This document shows, piece after piece, positions 9,019 through 18,822 of a DNA stretch of 64,000 bases. Both the position numbers and the translations under genes were made by a program. Source of the DNA: Candidatus Obscuribacteraceae bacterium. GTDB lineage: Bacteria; Cyanobacteriota; Vampirovibrionia; Obscuribacterales; Obscuribacteraceae. Where the stretch lies: contig JBGAHS010000003.1 of NCBI GenBank assembly GCA_044226015.1, positions 96,001 through 160,000 on the forward strand, given 5' to 3'. The notes under the pieces were generated by a model. That model had not been told where the DNA came from, ran no database searches, and saw only the letters and a program-made list of their open reading frames with translations. How positions within the stretch are numbered: the stretch's first letter is position 1; the number at the start of each line of letters is the position of its first letter.

Positions 9019-10176
9019 TTATTTCAATCGAACGCGCAATAACTCAGTAAGCGAGAGTTTTTCTAGTGCGTAAAGTCCAGCACCAACAGCCTCTTTGACT
9101 CCCGCCGAATAGGAATAGGATATTTTACATTGGGAGAGCAATTCGGATTGAGCATAACGACTTAAGCCCTCCACAAAAGGACCTTTGAACATCTCTCCGC
9201 AAACTAAGTATGGAGCTGATACAACTATTGAGTCAGGCGCCATAAGGTTTATGCTTGGTGCTACAGCAAATGCTAGAGACTGAGCGCATTTCGCAAGCAA
9301 TGTAGTGAAACGAGGATCGCATAGATGATCACCAAACGCACTATCATCTGCAATTTCCAATCCATCTCTTTTGCACATACTTAGAAAGTTATTCACCGCA
9401 GCAATGCCATCAACGCATCCTGTCTTGCCGCATGAGCACAACCATGTCTCACCTGGAATAATCGTATGCCCGACTTCTCCTGCTAATTGATTTTTACCTT
9501 CAAGCAAATTGCGTTCCAACAAAATTGCTGAGCGAACTGCATGCCCAACACGAACATAAATCACTGTTTGAGAGTGCCGCGCTTCGCCGATGAGACCTTC
9601 AGCAAGTGCCGCCATACTCACCATTGACTTAAGTTGAACTGGAACTGAAAGCTTACGCGCAAGAGATTCTCTCAACGCAAAATAGCTCTCATTCTTCAAC
9701 CTTGGTGAATCATCTTTGATTGGCCCAGGAGCAGCCACACCAACAGATGCCAGCGAAGCCAGACCGATGCTTGATTGCTTACAAGCGGTTTTCAAAACCT
9801 GAATAATGAAATCGGAAACTTCTATCATGTCCAGAGTCTGCGCATCGTGCTCGAATGTTTCTCCAACGGCATTTGCGTTCATATCAATCAAGGAAAGCAA
9901 GACCTTGCTACCGTCCACCCTTACCCCCGCAGAAACGAGAGATTTGGAGTTAAATATCAAACCTATTGGACGACGTCCCATCCCGCTTGATCGAGCGCCC
10001 GACTCCATCAAGAACCCGGCTTGTATTAGTTCGTCCACAATACTCGAAACAGTAGCGGGCGAAAGTTCTGTTAGACGCGCCAGATCCGCGCGACTGATCT
10101 CAGGAGACAAGCGAACAGCCTGCAAAACGGTCTCTGCGTTTCGCAATCTCATTAGACTGAAGCTCTGGTTGCCCAT
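9019..10176 (-). CDS. ROK-family transcriptional regulator (NagC/XylR-like)
   Basis: N-terminal HTH ISRADLARLTELSPATVSSIVDELI and GRRP; ROK signature AGEVGH...CSCGKTGC. Confidence 0.92.
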   Translation of the reverse strand: MGNQSFSLMRLRNAETVLQAVRLSPEISRADLARLTELSPATVSSIVDELIQAGFLMESGARSSGMGRRPIGLIFNSKSLVSAGVRVDGSKVLLSLIDMNANAVGETFEHDAQTLDMIEVSDFIIQVLKTACKQSSIGLASLASVGVAAPGPIKDDSPRLKNESYFALRESLARKLSVPVQLKSMVSMAALAEGLIGEARHSQTVIYVRVGHAVRSAILLERNLLEGKNQLAGEVGHTIIPGETWLCSCGKTGCVDGIAAVNNFLSMCKRDGLEIADDSAFGDHLCDPRFTTLLAKCAQSLAFAVAPSINLMAPDSIVVSAPYLVCGEMFKGPFVEGLSRYAQSELLSQCKISYSYSAGVKEAVGAGLYALEKLSLTELLRVRLK

Positions 10177-10282
10177 GCGGCAATTCTTACCGGTAATCTA
10201 ACCCACTAACGATAACCGATGGAAGCCCGCAAACAACTGTAGCCACACAAAAGTTGCATATCTTTTAACGAACAACCTGCCT

Positions 10283-10882
10283 TTAAGTGGCAGAGCGACT
10301 CAAAGCTGTTGCCAAAGTTTGGGTACTTGCCGCACTATTGAACAACTCAAGAGACTGCAGCCCTGGCTCGCTTTGCAGTGCAGCCAATTGCTTTTTTGTA
10401 GCCTCTTCAATGGCTGCTGCGGCTGCTCTGGCAAACTCATTCAGCATCTCTAGAACATTGCTAACTATTTCAGAAAAAGCTTTGAGCAGAAAACTCAATA
10501 AGGACGACAGAAATCCCAGAGGAGATGTGAAAGCCTGATTGAGCACCTCACCCATGCTCGAAACCATGTCTTGTACGGCTTTACCAATATCAGTGGGAGC
10601 AGCTTGCTCGCCAAGTTTTAACTCGGGAATCTCAAGCTTTTCAGCTCCACCAGCCATTGTTGCATCAGGAGCAGCCCCTGTTCTTGCAGCTGCATAGGCA
10701 TCAGCTGCAGCTTTGGCCGAAGCCGCTTCCTCAGCATGAGTGGGAAGAAACCCAGGTTGTGTGTCGCAAACGGCCGATTTTATTTCGCCAAACAGCGCAA
10801 GCGCGCCCTTTCCGCCAGCCTCGCTGACGCCAGCACCACCGCCGCCCAAACTGCTAGATTGTCTGTAAAACGGGGAAGGCAT
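10283..10882 (-). CDS. Hypothetical Ala-rich helical protein
   Basis: 199-aa ORF with RBS (agagg); amphipathic segment SPLGFLSSLLSFLLKAFSEIV. Confidence 0.7.
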   Translation of the reverse strand: MPSPFYRQSSSLGGGGAGVSEAGGKGALALFGEIKSAVCDTQPGFLPTHAEEAASAKAAADAYAAARTGAAPDATMAGGAEKLEIPELKLGEQAAPTDIGKAVQDMVSSMGEVLNQAFTSPLGFLSSLLSFLLKAFSEIVSNVLEMLNEFARAAAAAIEEATKKQLAALQSEPGLQSLELFNSAASTQTLATALSRSAT

Positions 10883-11004
10883 CGAGAAAACCTCTATTTT
10901 GCATCGCCATGCATATAGATATATACAATTGTCAGAAAAATACCACTGCGAAAATGCGCTAACGGTGGGAAGATCACCACAGATCTAGCATGAAATTGTG
11001 TAAA

Positions 11005-12240
11005 TCAGAGATTGCTTTCATCTTCTGCGGACTCGGACATAAGCTTTTCTGCACGGGCAATTAGAGCTTCTTTACAGTCAGGATATTTGTCCGTCAAAAA
11101 CTTTTCTAGTGCCACCAGTGGCTGCAGAACTGACTTTTCAGTTATCTCAGGATGGCGACGCGGCCGTTCATTTGCAACGAATTGCGGCTTCAATCTCAGT
11201 GAAAGAACGTGACTAAGCCGCTTTCGTACATGTTCCTCACTGAGTTCTCCAGTGCGGTTTTGTGAGATTTTATAACGTACGCGAACAACAGCACCATCCA
11301 AAATCTTTGCCGAACAATGCTCTAGCAAGTCAGCAGTGAGGTCACTGGAGTCGGTCAAGTCACAGTCAACAGTTATGAAGCAACGCGGACTAATAGAATG
11401 AAAGCGCCAATTTACATTGCCACGTTCGATGTCTATCTCTAAAAATCCTTTGTCCTCAAACTCTTCACCAAAATCAACCCGCTCAATACTTCCGGCATAT
11501 GCCACCAGAGGACGCTCAGCATGCAAAATCTGATGACCATGCACATGCCCTAACGCCACATAATCTAATTTTGAATTCAGCCAGAAGCTAAGCGGAAAAC
11601 TAGTTGAGTAGCCAATCATCAACTCTTGTTCAGCACCAGCTCTAGCCGAATCAATCATCATATGAGCTGTTGCAACTGCGGGAACCGTCTCATCAAGCTG
11701 ATCGTAGAGATCTTCCAATATTGCGCCAACAAGTTTAACTAGCAATTTGTCGATTTCAACCGGCGAACAGTTGGCATATTTTTCTTGTGTCAAAAGCAAA
11801 TGTTTTGTCACATGCGGCATACCGATTATCTGCAAAGGACCCTTCGCCGTGTCAATTTTGATAAGCCTGGGCTCTTGAATAACAATGACTCCGGGAATCT
11901 CCAACGAATGGAAGACGGACATCGAATGGCTAGCACCACCCCGCAAAATCTGGTCATGATTTCCCACCAACAGAATGGTCGGGATTTCTGCTTTAGATAA
12001 GCGGTTCAACTGCTCTGCAAAAGCCTGCTGATGAATAGGCTCTGGAGCCGCAGTTTTATATGCATCGCCCGAAAAAAGAAAAACATCAGCGCCACTTTCG
12101 ATTGCAAAGTCCACCGCTTTCCGGAGGGCAAGCACAAAATCTTCGAACCTTATATTCAGCCCTGTCAAAGGGTTTAGACGCCCATGACTCTCCCCCGAGC
12201 CAAAATGAATATCTGAAACATGGATTAGTTTTATCGCCAC
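11005..12240 (-). CDS. sbcD: Exonuclease SbcCD subunit D (Mre11-like metallophosphoesterase)
   Basis: IHVSDIHFG, FSGDAY, LVGNHD, ATAH, DYVALGHVH, YAGSIERVDFGEE...KGF. Confidence 0.92.
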   Translation of the reverse strand: MAIKLIHVSDIHFGSGESHGRLNPLTGLNIRFEDFVLALRKAVDFAIESGADVFLFSGDAYKTAAPEPIHQQAFAEQLNRLSKAEIPTILLVGNHDQILRGGASHSMSVFHSLEIPGVIVIQEPRLIKIDTAKGPLQIIGMPHVTKHLLLTQEKYANCSPVEIDKLLVKLVGAILEDLYDQLDETVPAVATAHMMIDSARAGAEQELMIGYSTSFPLSFWLNSKLDYVALGHVHGHQILHAERPLVAYAGSIERVDFGEEFEDKGFLEIDIERGNVNWRFHSISPRCFITVDCDLTDSSDLTADLLEHCSAKILDGAVVRVRYKISQNRTGELSEEHVRKRLSHVLSLRLKPQFVANERPRRHPEITEKSVLQPLVALEKFLTDKYPDCKEALIARAEKLMSESAEDESNL

Positions 12241-12327
12241 GTTTTCACCTTGAACAGCAGAAATTCACTGAAAAGAGCGCAGCAAAACTGCACATTGCTT
12301 CAAGATAACCATAACACATGCGCTACA

Positions 12328-13128
12328 ATGTATGTGATGTTTATATTTCTCCGAAAATCTTCGTTCTTGAGCTGCGCTGCTGCAATTCTTTTATGCAGTA
12401 TTGCCTGCCATGCAAGAAATACTTACACCAGCAACATCAGCGCAAGCAGCATTAAGTCTGCTGTTGAAAGCCTGGATTTTCTGGCAAAGGAATCAAAGCA
12501 GCAAATCTATACTTCTTATTCAAACGGAATTGCATCAGTTTCTCTGTTTAGACATCCCGAGGCGACAAAAGCAGACTGCAAAATCGATACAGTTTTACTT
12601 GCCCGTCGCGTAATAGCTCTGGCACCCAAAGAAGTAAAGCTTATTCGCTGCGTTTTTTATGATATGGATCGCCAGAATGAGTTTTGGGAAGTGGAAATCC
12701 GAGCGCAGTTGGTTGCAGCATTTGGCAACGGAGAGATTGGCGAGCATGACCTAATCAACAGTATTCTGCTTACAGAAGACAGGCAAAAAAATCCACTGAG
12801 TGAAAAGTACGCAGCACTGTCATACAGCGGCATACTGGGGTTTAACGGAGTTGTCCCCGGGGCTTATGAAGCCAAACGACTTGCGATTCACCTGCGCCTG
12901 GAAGAGCTGGAAAAGCAAAAAGTAGAGATAGGTCGCTTTCGCGAGGATTTCTTGCGCATCGAAGATGCAGCAAGACGCGGACATGACAAAGACCTCGCTA
13001 ATCAAGTCAATTCTTTAAACAAAAACTTGGACCAGTATGTGGACCAGATGATCAGCTCTGGCATGATGCAAAAACCAGAGTTGAAACGCGCAAAAAACTC
13101 AGTCCTAGAACAAACACCTAAAATCTAG
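12328..13128 (+). CDS. Exported hypothetical protein
   Basis: Long ORF with N-terminal signal-like segment; start uncertain (12328 or 12337); 12 nt upstream of rlmD. Confidence 0.65.
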   Translation: MYVMFIFLRKSSFLSCAAAILLCSIACHARNTYTSNISASSIKSAVESLDFLAKESKQQIYTSYSNGIASVSLFRHPEATKADCKIDTVLLARRVIALAPKEVKLIRCVFYDMDRQNEFWEVEIRAQLVAAFGNGEIGEHDLINSILLTEDRQKNPLSEKYAALSYSGILGFNGVVPGAYEAKRLAIHLRLEELEKQKVEIGRFREDFLRIEDAARRGHDKDLANQVNSLNKNLDQYVDQMISSGMMQKPELKRAKNSVLEQTPKI

Positions 13129-13140
13129 TGGGAGCCAAAA

Positions 13141-14595
13141 GTGAGCAAAAGTACTCACAGTTTACGCAAGAATCAAAAGCTGAAACTGAAAATTGAATCG
13201 ATGTCAGCTAGCGGACAGGGCGTCGCGAAGCACGACGGAGTAGCGATTTTCGTCGATCAAAGCATAAGCGGAGATGTGGTCGAGGCAGAACTCTACGATG
13301 TCAGAAAAGACTTTGCACTAGCCAAGATATTGAGCATAAAACAAGCTTCGTATATGCGAAGAGAGCCGCCTTGCAAAATCGCTAGAATCTGCGGTGGCTG
13401 CCAATGGCAGCACATAAAGTATGATGGACAGTGCGAAGCGAAGACTGACATAGTCAAACAAGCAATTAAAAGAATCGCGGGACTGTCACCAGATATAGTG
13501 CTAGACACCCTGCCAGCGCCCGACGAACTAAACTATAGAAACAAAGTCCAGTTTCCCGTGGCTTCACCGCATAAGTCTGAGCGCATTCTGGCAGGCTATT
13601 ACAAACAAGGCTCTCACGAACTGGTGAACATAAAACATTGCCCAGTGCAACCAGAGATTTTGGACGATGTTCTTGAAGAGGCAAAAATAGCCGCAGAGGA
13701 AGCAGGCTATTCGGCATATCGAGAAGAGTCGCACAGCGGGCTAATCAGGCATATGATTGCGCGACACAGTTATTCAGAGAATGAAGTGCTTTTCACAGTG
13801 GTACTAAATATGCCACCAGAATCATTTTCGAACTATAAGGAAAGCATGGCGAACTTTGCGAGCAATTTGATGCGTCGAGTTCCAAATGTGAAAGGTTTCT
13901 GCGTAAACTTCAACCCCGCAAAAGGCAATCGTATTCTAGGAAATCAGACTCTTCTGGTAAATGGCAGAGACTACATCATCGAAAAGCTCTCGAGCAATCA
14001 CGTCAAGGCTAGCGCCCGACTGAAGGCAGGTTTGAAGTTCCAACTTTCGCCAGCAAGCTTCTTCCAAGTAAATTCGATGCAAGCGGTTCAGCTAATGGAC
14101 CTGGTTTTAGAAGCAATTTTGCAATATACCGAACACAAAAACATCAGCAAAGTTCCTCTGATTATCGACGCTTTCGCCGGCGTTGCTAGCATAGCTTTGT
14201 GGGTCTCAGACCTGGCCGATAAAGTCATCGCTGTAGAAGAAGTCGCGGACGCGGTCAAAGATGCTGAGAGAATCAAACTATTGAACGGTATAGACAATCT
14301 GGAGCCGTTGCTCGGAAGAGTTGAAGATGTTTTTCCAAACTTGCTTGAGCAAAAAATTCAGGCACCAATACTGATACTAGACCCACCACGAAAGGGCGTC
14401 GACCCGACAGCACTTGAGGCGGTTTCAAAACTGGGGCCAGAGCGAGTTATCTATGTAAGTTGCAACCCAGCAACTCTTGCAAGAGACCTCAAAATTCTGG
14501 AGGGATTTGGATACACAACGAAGTATGTCCAACCTTTGGATCTTTTCCCTCAAACATTTCACGTGGAAAGCGTCAGCGTGCTTGATCGCTTCTAA
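13141..14595 (+). CDS. rlmD: 23S rRNA (uracil-C5)-methyltransferase RlmD/RumA family
   Basis: TRAM domain, C.....CGGCQWQH Fe-S motif, YRNK, SFFQVN, IDAFAGV, LDPPRKG, YVSCNPATLARD, DLFPQTFHVE. Confidence 0.95.
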   Translation: MSKSTHSLRKNQKLKLKIESMSASGQGVAKHDGVAIFVDQSISGDVVEAELYDVRKDFALAKILSIKQASYMRREPPCKIARICGGCQWQHIKYDGQCEAKTDIVKQAIKRIAGLSPDIVLDTLPAPDELNYRNKVQFPVASPHKSERILAGYYKQGSHELVNIKHCPVQPEILDDVLEEAKIAAEEAGYSAYREESHSGLIRHMIARHSYSENEVLFTVVLNMPPESFSNYKESMANFASNLMRRVPNVKGFCVNFNPAKGNRILGNQTLLVNGRDYIIEKLSSNHVKASARLKAGLKFQLSPASFFQVNSMQAVQLMDLVLEAILQYTEHKNISKVPLIIDAFAGVASIALWVSDLADKVIAVEEVADAVKDAERIKLLNGIDNLEPLLGRVEDVFPNLLEQKIQAPILILDPPRKGVDPTALEAVSKLGPERVIYVSCNPATLARDLKILEGFGYTTKYVQPLDLFPQTFHVESVSVLDRF

Positions 14596-14599
14596 GTGC

Positions 14600-14871
14600 C
14601 CGCGACTGCATCATCGGATCTGCAACAGCTTCATCGAGTTCCGCAACAGCTTCATCGGGATCCGTAACTGCCTCATCGGGATCCGCAACAGCTTCATCGG
14701 GATCCGCAACAGCTTCATCGGGATCTGCAACAGCATCATCGGGATCTGCGACAGCCTCATCGGGATCCGTAACTGCCTCATCGGGATCCGCAACAGCTTC
14801 ATCGGGATCCGCTACAGCTTCATCGGGATCCGCTACAGCATCATCGGGATCCGTTACAGCATCATCGGGAT
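14600..14871. repeat. Tandem array of 13 x 21-bp units (consensus CCGCAACAGCTTCATCGGGAT)
   Basis: Counted 13 contiguous units (272 bp; the first unit is one G short); no spacers. Confidence 0.95.
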
Positions 14872-15402
14872 TGAACTCTATTAAATGATTGGAGAGTAGC
14901 TCCTATATCAGCCAGGCTACTGACATCAAGAGGGATCACATTCAATCAAGTTCCAGAGAATTCACCCTAATTTTTCCTGCCTCCTGGTTTACACACATGT
15001 GCAGCGAAGGGGGTGTCAAGAAATGTCCGGTTCAAAGTTCAATCGCAAAACGTTTTCAAAGTTCAACAACGGAAACAGCAATCGTGATTCCAAAAAAGAA
15101 AACCAATGCAAGCTTTTCGGACACAGCCCCAGCAAAATCAAAGCAGGACAGAACCTGTTTTGCGCTTATTGCGGCAAACGATATTGCGCTAACTGAATCG
15201 TCTATCGTCCAGACTGAGTGGTAGCACTGCGAAAGTTTTTTGAGCCAGAGCCTGAGCGTCTGGCTCTTTATTTGTGAATCCGCCGGAGCAAACAGGCTCT
15301 CATCTACTCGCCAAAGCAAAATGCCAAATTATTACAATCGGCATCCCAGGCAGCTTGATCTAGCATTCGTGTCCACGGTATATTAGGATATTCTCACAAG
15401 GC

Positions 15403-15879
15403 ATGTTGCGTGAGGGCAAAGTGGTCTTATCAGGAATTTGGAAGCGGTCAGAAGGCAAGGAAGATCCCCTCAAAGGATTGGTAGTCAACCATGACAAGGG
15501 TATTCCGCCCCTTCAGGTACAAGATCTCTGTGCTTCTGTGGGCTGGAGCCGGCGCGACCCGGTTCTTATTGCGAAGGCGCTGAATTTCAGCCTTGCGGTC
15601 GTTAGCGTCTGGGACAAAGAAACAATGGTTGGCTTTGCCCGTGCAACCGGTGACCAGGTATTCAACGCAACCATTTGGGATGTTGCTGTAAGACCGTCCT
15701 ACCAGAAACGAGGAGTTGGACGACTTCTCATGATCGAGCTCTTGAAAGACCTCGACACTTATGGAATTCCTCTCATCACCCTTTACGCTGACCCCGGAAC
15801 GGACGGGTTCTACAAGAGATTTGGCTTTTCCACAGATCCATCTGGCGTAAGAGGCATGTTTAGAGACTCCGAACTCTAA
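15403..15879 (+). CDS. GNAT N-acetyltransferase, Ycf52/NSI-like
   Basis: LCASVGWSRRD...ALNFSL, VGFARATGDQVFNATIWDVAVRP.YQKRGVG, ITLYADP....FY.RFGF..DP.G.RGMF. Confidence 0.88.
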   Translation: MLREGKVVLSGIWKRSEGKEDPLKGLVVNHDKGIPPLQVQDLCASVGWSRRDPVLIAKALNFSLAVVSVWDKETMVGFARATGDQVFNATIWDVAVRPSYQKRGVGRLLMIELLKDLDTYGIPLITLYADPGTDGFYKRFGFSTDPSGVRGMFRDSEL

Positions 15880-16066
15880 TAGAGATATTTTTTAACTGCC
15901 ATTTGATCCCGAATGTTAAAGCAAGCTCAAAGCTGGCGGGTTCCTATGTCTATTCATGGTAGATTAACTATCCTGATTCCGTCTTGCCCCTAAAATGAGC
16001 AAGACCAAGCCTGAGTCCCGTTCGGTTAGCAGGCAATTTATCTTCGCTAGGAAAGCTGGAGTTCTT

Positions 16067-16612
16067 ATGAAAGTCATTCTGCAGAAAAACGTACAATCGC
16101 TTGGCAAGCTTGGCGATGTTGTAGAAGCCAAGCCAGGTTATTACCGCAATTATCTTCAGCCAAGAGGATTTGCAGTTGTCGCCACAACTGGCGCACTCAA
16201 AAAGAGAGAAGAAGATCTTGAAGCGTTGAAAGCTAAAGCTGAAAAACTCCATCAAGAAGCTGTCGAACTTGGTCAAAAGATTACCGCTTTGGGTAGTGTC
16301 AACATCGATCAAAAGGCTGGAGATGGTGGCAAGCTTTACGGAAAAGTCACCCACAAAGATATCGCCGATGCTATCAGCAAGGCCTTAGAAGGTCCAATCG
16401 ACAAGAAAGGCATCAAGACAATCGAGGAAATTTCCACGATTGGTACATACAAAGTCTACGTCAAAGTCGCTACTGACGTTCAAGCTGAAATCTACGTTGT
16501 GGTTTATGACTCCACAACAGGTGAAGCACCAAAGCCAAAACTTCCGAGTGCGAAAGTTGAAGAAGCTCCAGCTACAGAAGAAGCTGCAAGCGAAGAAGCT
16601 GGCGAAGAATAA
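16067..16612 (+). CDS. rplI: 50S ribosomal protein L9 with acidic C-terminal tail
   Basis: MKVILQKNVQSLGKLGDVVEAKPGYYRNYLQP and GKLYGKVT..DIA; RBS ggag before ATG 16067. Confidence 0.97.
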   Translation: MKVILQKNVQSLGKLGDVVEAKPGYYRNYLQPRGFAVVATTGALKKREEDLEALKAKAEKLHQEAVELGQKITALGSVNIDQKAGDGGKLYGKVTHKDIADAISKALEGPIDKKGIKTIEEISTIGTYKVYVKVATDVQAEIYVVVYDSTTGEAPKPKLPSAKVEEAPATEEAASEEAGEE

Positions 16613-16635
16613 ATCAAAAAACGAACGAGTTTTAG

Positions 16636-16668
16636 AAGAGAGCAACCCACAAGGTTGCTCTCTTTTTA
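16636..16668 (+). terminator. Intrinsic terminator after rplI
   Basis: aagagagcaacc-cacaa-ggttgctctcttttt. Confidence 0.85.
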
Positions 16669-16854
16669 TCTGGGTGTTGAAGGCTGGCGTGTGAGTCGCA
16701 ATCGTCGACAGAGCCTCAGTTCCCGACAGAGAGCCCAATCGGCTCTGAAGCTAGTTGATTGCTCCGTCAAAATACTGAATTGACAACTGGTAATTCGTCC
16801 GATAGGCGAATAGAGCAATAGACAGTAAAGTGAGATCAACTGGGGGGGTACTGT

Positions 16855-17178
16855 ATGAGCTCATCCACTCTGTCACCAAGGGACTTCAGGGATAACAACA
16901 TGCCAGATTTTGAAACCTGGAATTTACTAATTCATGCGGCACGGGCGAGCGAAGCAAAAGACCCCGCATTTTCCGAAAACTGCTTGAGAAAAGCACTTCG
17001 ATTTAGCGAAGATCTGTACGGAAAAGAGAGCCCAGAGACCGGACTTTGCCTCATAGAGCTGTCCGATTTTCTAGAGAGAAAAGGCAATGACTCAGAAGCA
17101 GAAATGCTGAGCAAACGCTATCACGACATACTATGTAAGTATGCTAGAGAACTGGGAATTCAAAAACAGATCAGCTAG
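16855..17178 (+). CDS. Small TPR-like hypothetical protein
   Basis: LRKALRFSEDLYGKESPETGLCLIELSDFL resembles a kinesin-light-chain-type TPR; G-rich RBS. Confidence 0.65.
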   Translation: MSSSTLSPRDFRDNNMPDFETWNLLIHAARASEAKDPAFSENCLRKALRFSEDLYGKESPETGLCLIELSDFLERKGNDSEAEMLSKRYHDILCKYARELGIQKQIS

Positions 17179-17188
17179 CTTTGGCGCA

Positions 17189-17596
17189 TCAAGAGATTTG
17201 CAAACTGTCTTCGTTGAACGCTTCTGTTGAAAGAGAACCGTCAACGGCTCGCTTTAATATCTCAATTTTCTTTTCGGCGTTTTTCAATATTCCTTCGCAG
17301 GACTTAGACAGCTTCATTCCTCGATCAAACAGCTGAAGCGCTTCCTCGAGTTTTACTTCACCTTCGAGTTGTGATACCACCTTTTCCAACTCAAGAAGAG
17401 CTTCCTCAAAATCTCTTCCAGTGTCGACCTCGGACACGGCACCGCCTGCACTTGAAGCAACTGCGCTTGGTGTTGCACTTGTTACTGATGATTCTACTGC
17501 CATCTCTTTAGCCTCTTCTGTTTGAGTTATAGGAAGACTCAACTGAGTCATTTCGAGTTTGATTTCTGTCTTTACTGACTTTTTCTTTTCATTCAT
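17189..17596 (-). CDS. xseB: Exodeoxyribonuclease VII small subunit with N-terminal extension
   Basis: FEEALLELEKVVSQLE.EVKLEEALQLFDRGMKLSKSC...L.NAEKKIEIL; ATGA overlap with the xseA stop. Confidence 0.93.
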   Translation of the reverse strand: MNEKKKSVKTEIKLEMTQLSLPITQTEEAKEMAVESSVTSATPSAVASSAGGAVSEVDTGRDFEEALLELEKVVSQLEGEVKLEEALQLFDRGMKLSKSCEGILKNAEKKIEILKRAVDGSLSTEAFNEDSLQIS

Positions 17597-18822
17597 TCCT
17601 CTATTGCCTCCACCTTCAAAGTCAATTTGCCGGAGGACAATGTTGCAATTAGAGTTTCATTCAATTGCACATCACTTGAGCTGCGAACAATACTTCCATC
17701 AGATTTTTGCAGAATAGAGAATCCCCTCTTCAACACATTCAGGGCACTAAGCGCTAAAAGTTTTTCCTCTGCGCGCTTGAGCCGGTGATGAACGTTGTTG
17801 AGCTTAAATTCCATCGCCTTGTGCAGCCTGGAGCGCTTGCTTTCAACTTGCAAAACAAAGCGATGCAATTTTTCAGCATGACGATGTAAGGCATGACGTG
17901 GGTCGAGCCTTTGCAAAGCCAGCCTGGCTCTCGCGACTCTTTGTTCAACAGAATGAGTTAGGCGACGATTTAAGTTCGTCCAACGCTCAACAAGTTCAAA
18001 TCGACGTTTTGCAACGAGTTCAGCCGCAGCAGTCGGAGTTGGTGCACGCAAATCTGCAACAAGATCGCAAATGGTAGTATCAGTCTCGTGCCCTATTCCA
18101 CTAATAATAGGTATTCGCGATGAACACACTGCTCGAGCCACTATTTCAGTATTGAAAGACCACAAGTCCTCGATAGAGCCGCCTCCACGAGCCACGATAA
18201 TCACATCGATATCATTGAACGATTGCAGATCATTTATTGCAGCAACGACTTCCTGCGCACTACCATCACCCTGCACACGACACGGAGCTATGAGCACCTG
18301 AGCATCAGGATTTCGTCGCTGCAGTGCGGTAAGAATGTCACGAAGCGCAGCAGCTGCTGGACTCGTAACGATGCCGATTCGGCGGGGCAAAAGTGGAATC
18401 GGGCGTTTTCGCTCAGGAGCCAGAAGCCCCTCCGCCTCCAGTTTAACTTTTAGCTGATCAAAAGCCAGCTGCCATTGCCCAATGCCCAGAGGTTGCAGCG
18501 TGTTGACTATCATCTGGTAGCCACCCTTAGGAGCATAAACAGACAATTTACCGCGAGCCACCACTTGCATTCCGTCTTGCAAATCAAAGGGAATGTACTG
18601 GGCAGCGCTTCTCCAACAAACACACGGCAAGACAGAATCTTTGTCTTTCAACGAAAAATACAAGTGCCCTGAAGGATGCAGGCGAGCATTGCTTACCTCG
18701 CCTGAAACGGAAAAATATGAGAATTTGTCTTCTAAAGTGCTCTGAATTTGCGCAGTCAACTCAGAGACGGTCAGGACCTGCTGTTTTGATGACCTGGCGC
18801 GAAATGTCGGTTGCTTTATCAT
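17593..18822 (-). CDS. xseA: Exodeoxyribonuclease VII large subunit
   Basis: V.GEVSN....PSGHLYFSLKD, IGIVTSP.AAA.RDI, IIVARGGGSIEDLWSFN, SGIGHETD.TICD.VAD.RAPTPTAAAE; RBS ggagg before ATG 18822. Confidence 0.97.
   Translation of the reverse strand: MIKQPTFRARSSKQQVLTVSELTAQIQSTLEDKFSYFSVSGEVSNARLHPSGHLYFSLKDKDSVLPCVCWRSAAQYIPFDLQDGMQVVARGKLSVYAPKGGYQMIVNTLQPLGIGQWQLAFDQLKVKLEAEGLLAPERKRPIPLLPRRIGIVTSPAAAALRDILTALQRRNPDAQVLIAPCRVQGDGSAQEVVAAINDLQSFNDIDVIIVARGGGSIEDLWSFNTEIVARAVCSSRIPIISGIGHETDTTICDLVADLRAPTPTAAAELVAKRRFELVERWTNLNRRLTHSVEQRVARARLALQRLDPRHALHRHAEKLHRFVLQVESKRSRLHKAMEFKLNNVHHRLKRAEEKLLALSALNVLKRGFSILQKSDGSIVRSSSDVQLNETLIATLSSGKLTLKVEAIEE

Noticed and set aside
14600..14871. CRISPR array
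   Set aside because: Units are contiguous 21-mers with no unique spacers, and no cas operon is present.
14477..14884. ORF-track products 14477..14884 (+, IGIRNSF repeats) and 14611..14802 (-, MKLLRIP repeats)
   Set aside because: By-products of the stop-free repeat; unit variation is non-synonymous in these frames, and the first overlaps rlmD.
14889..15319. Short overlapping ORFs between the array and the GNAT
   Set aside because: No RBS, motif or protein-like composition to choose among them; treated as intergenic.
15995..16066. N-terminal extensions from the ORF track (rplI 15995, xseA 18888, FNR 24130, His-rich 27273, glyQ 53112)
   Set aside because: Downstream ATGs match the family N-termini and/or have better RBSs.
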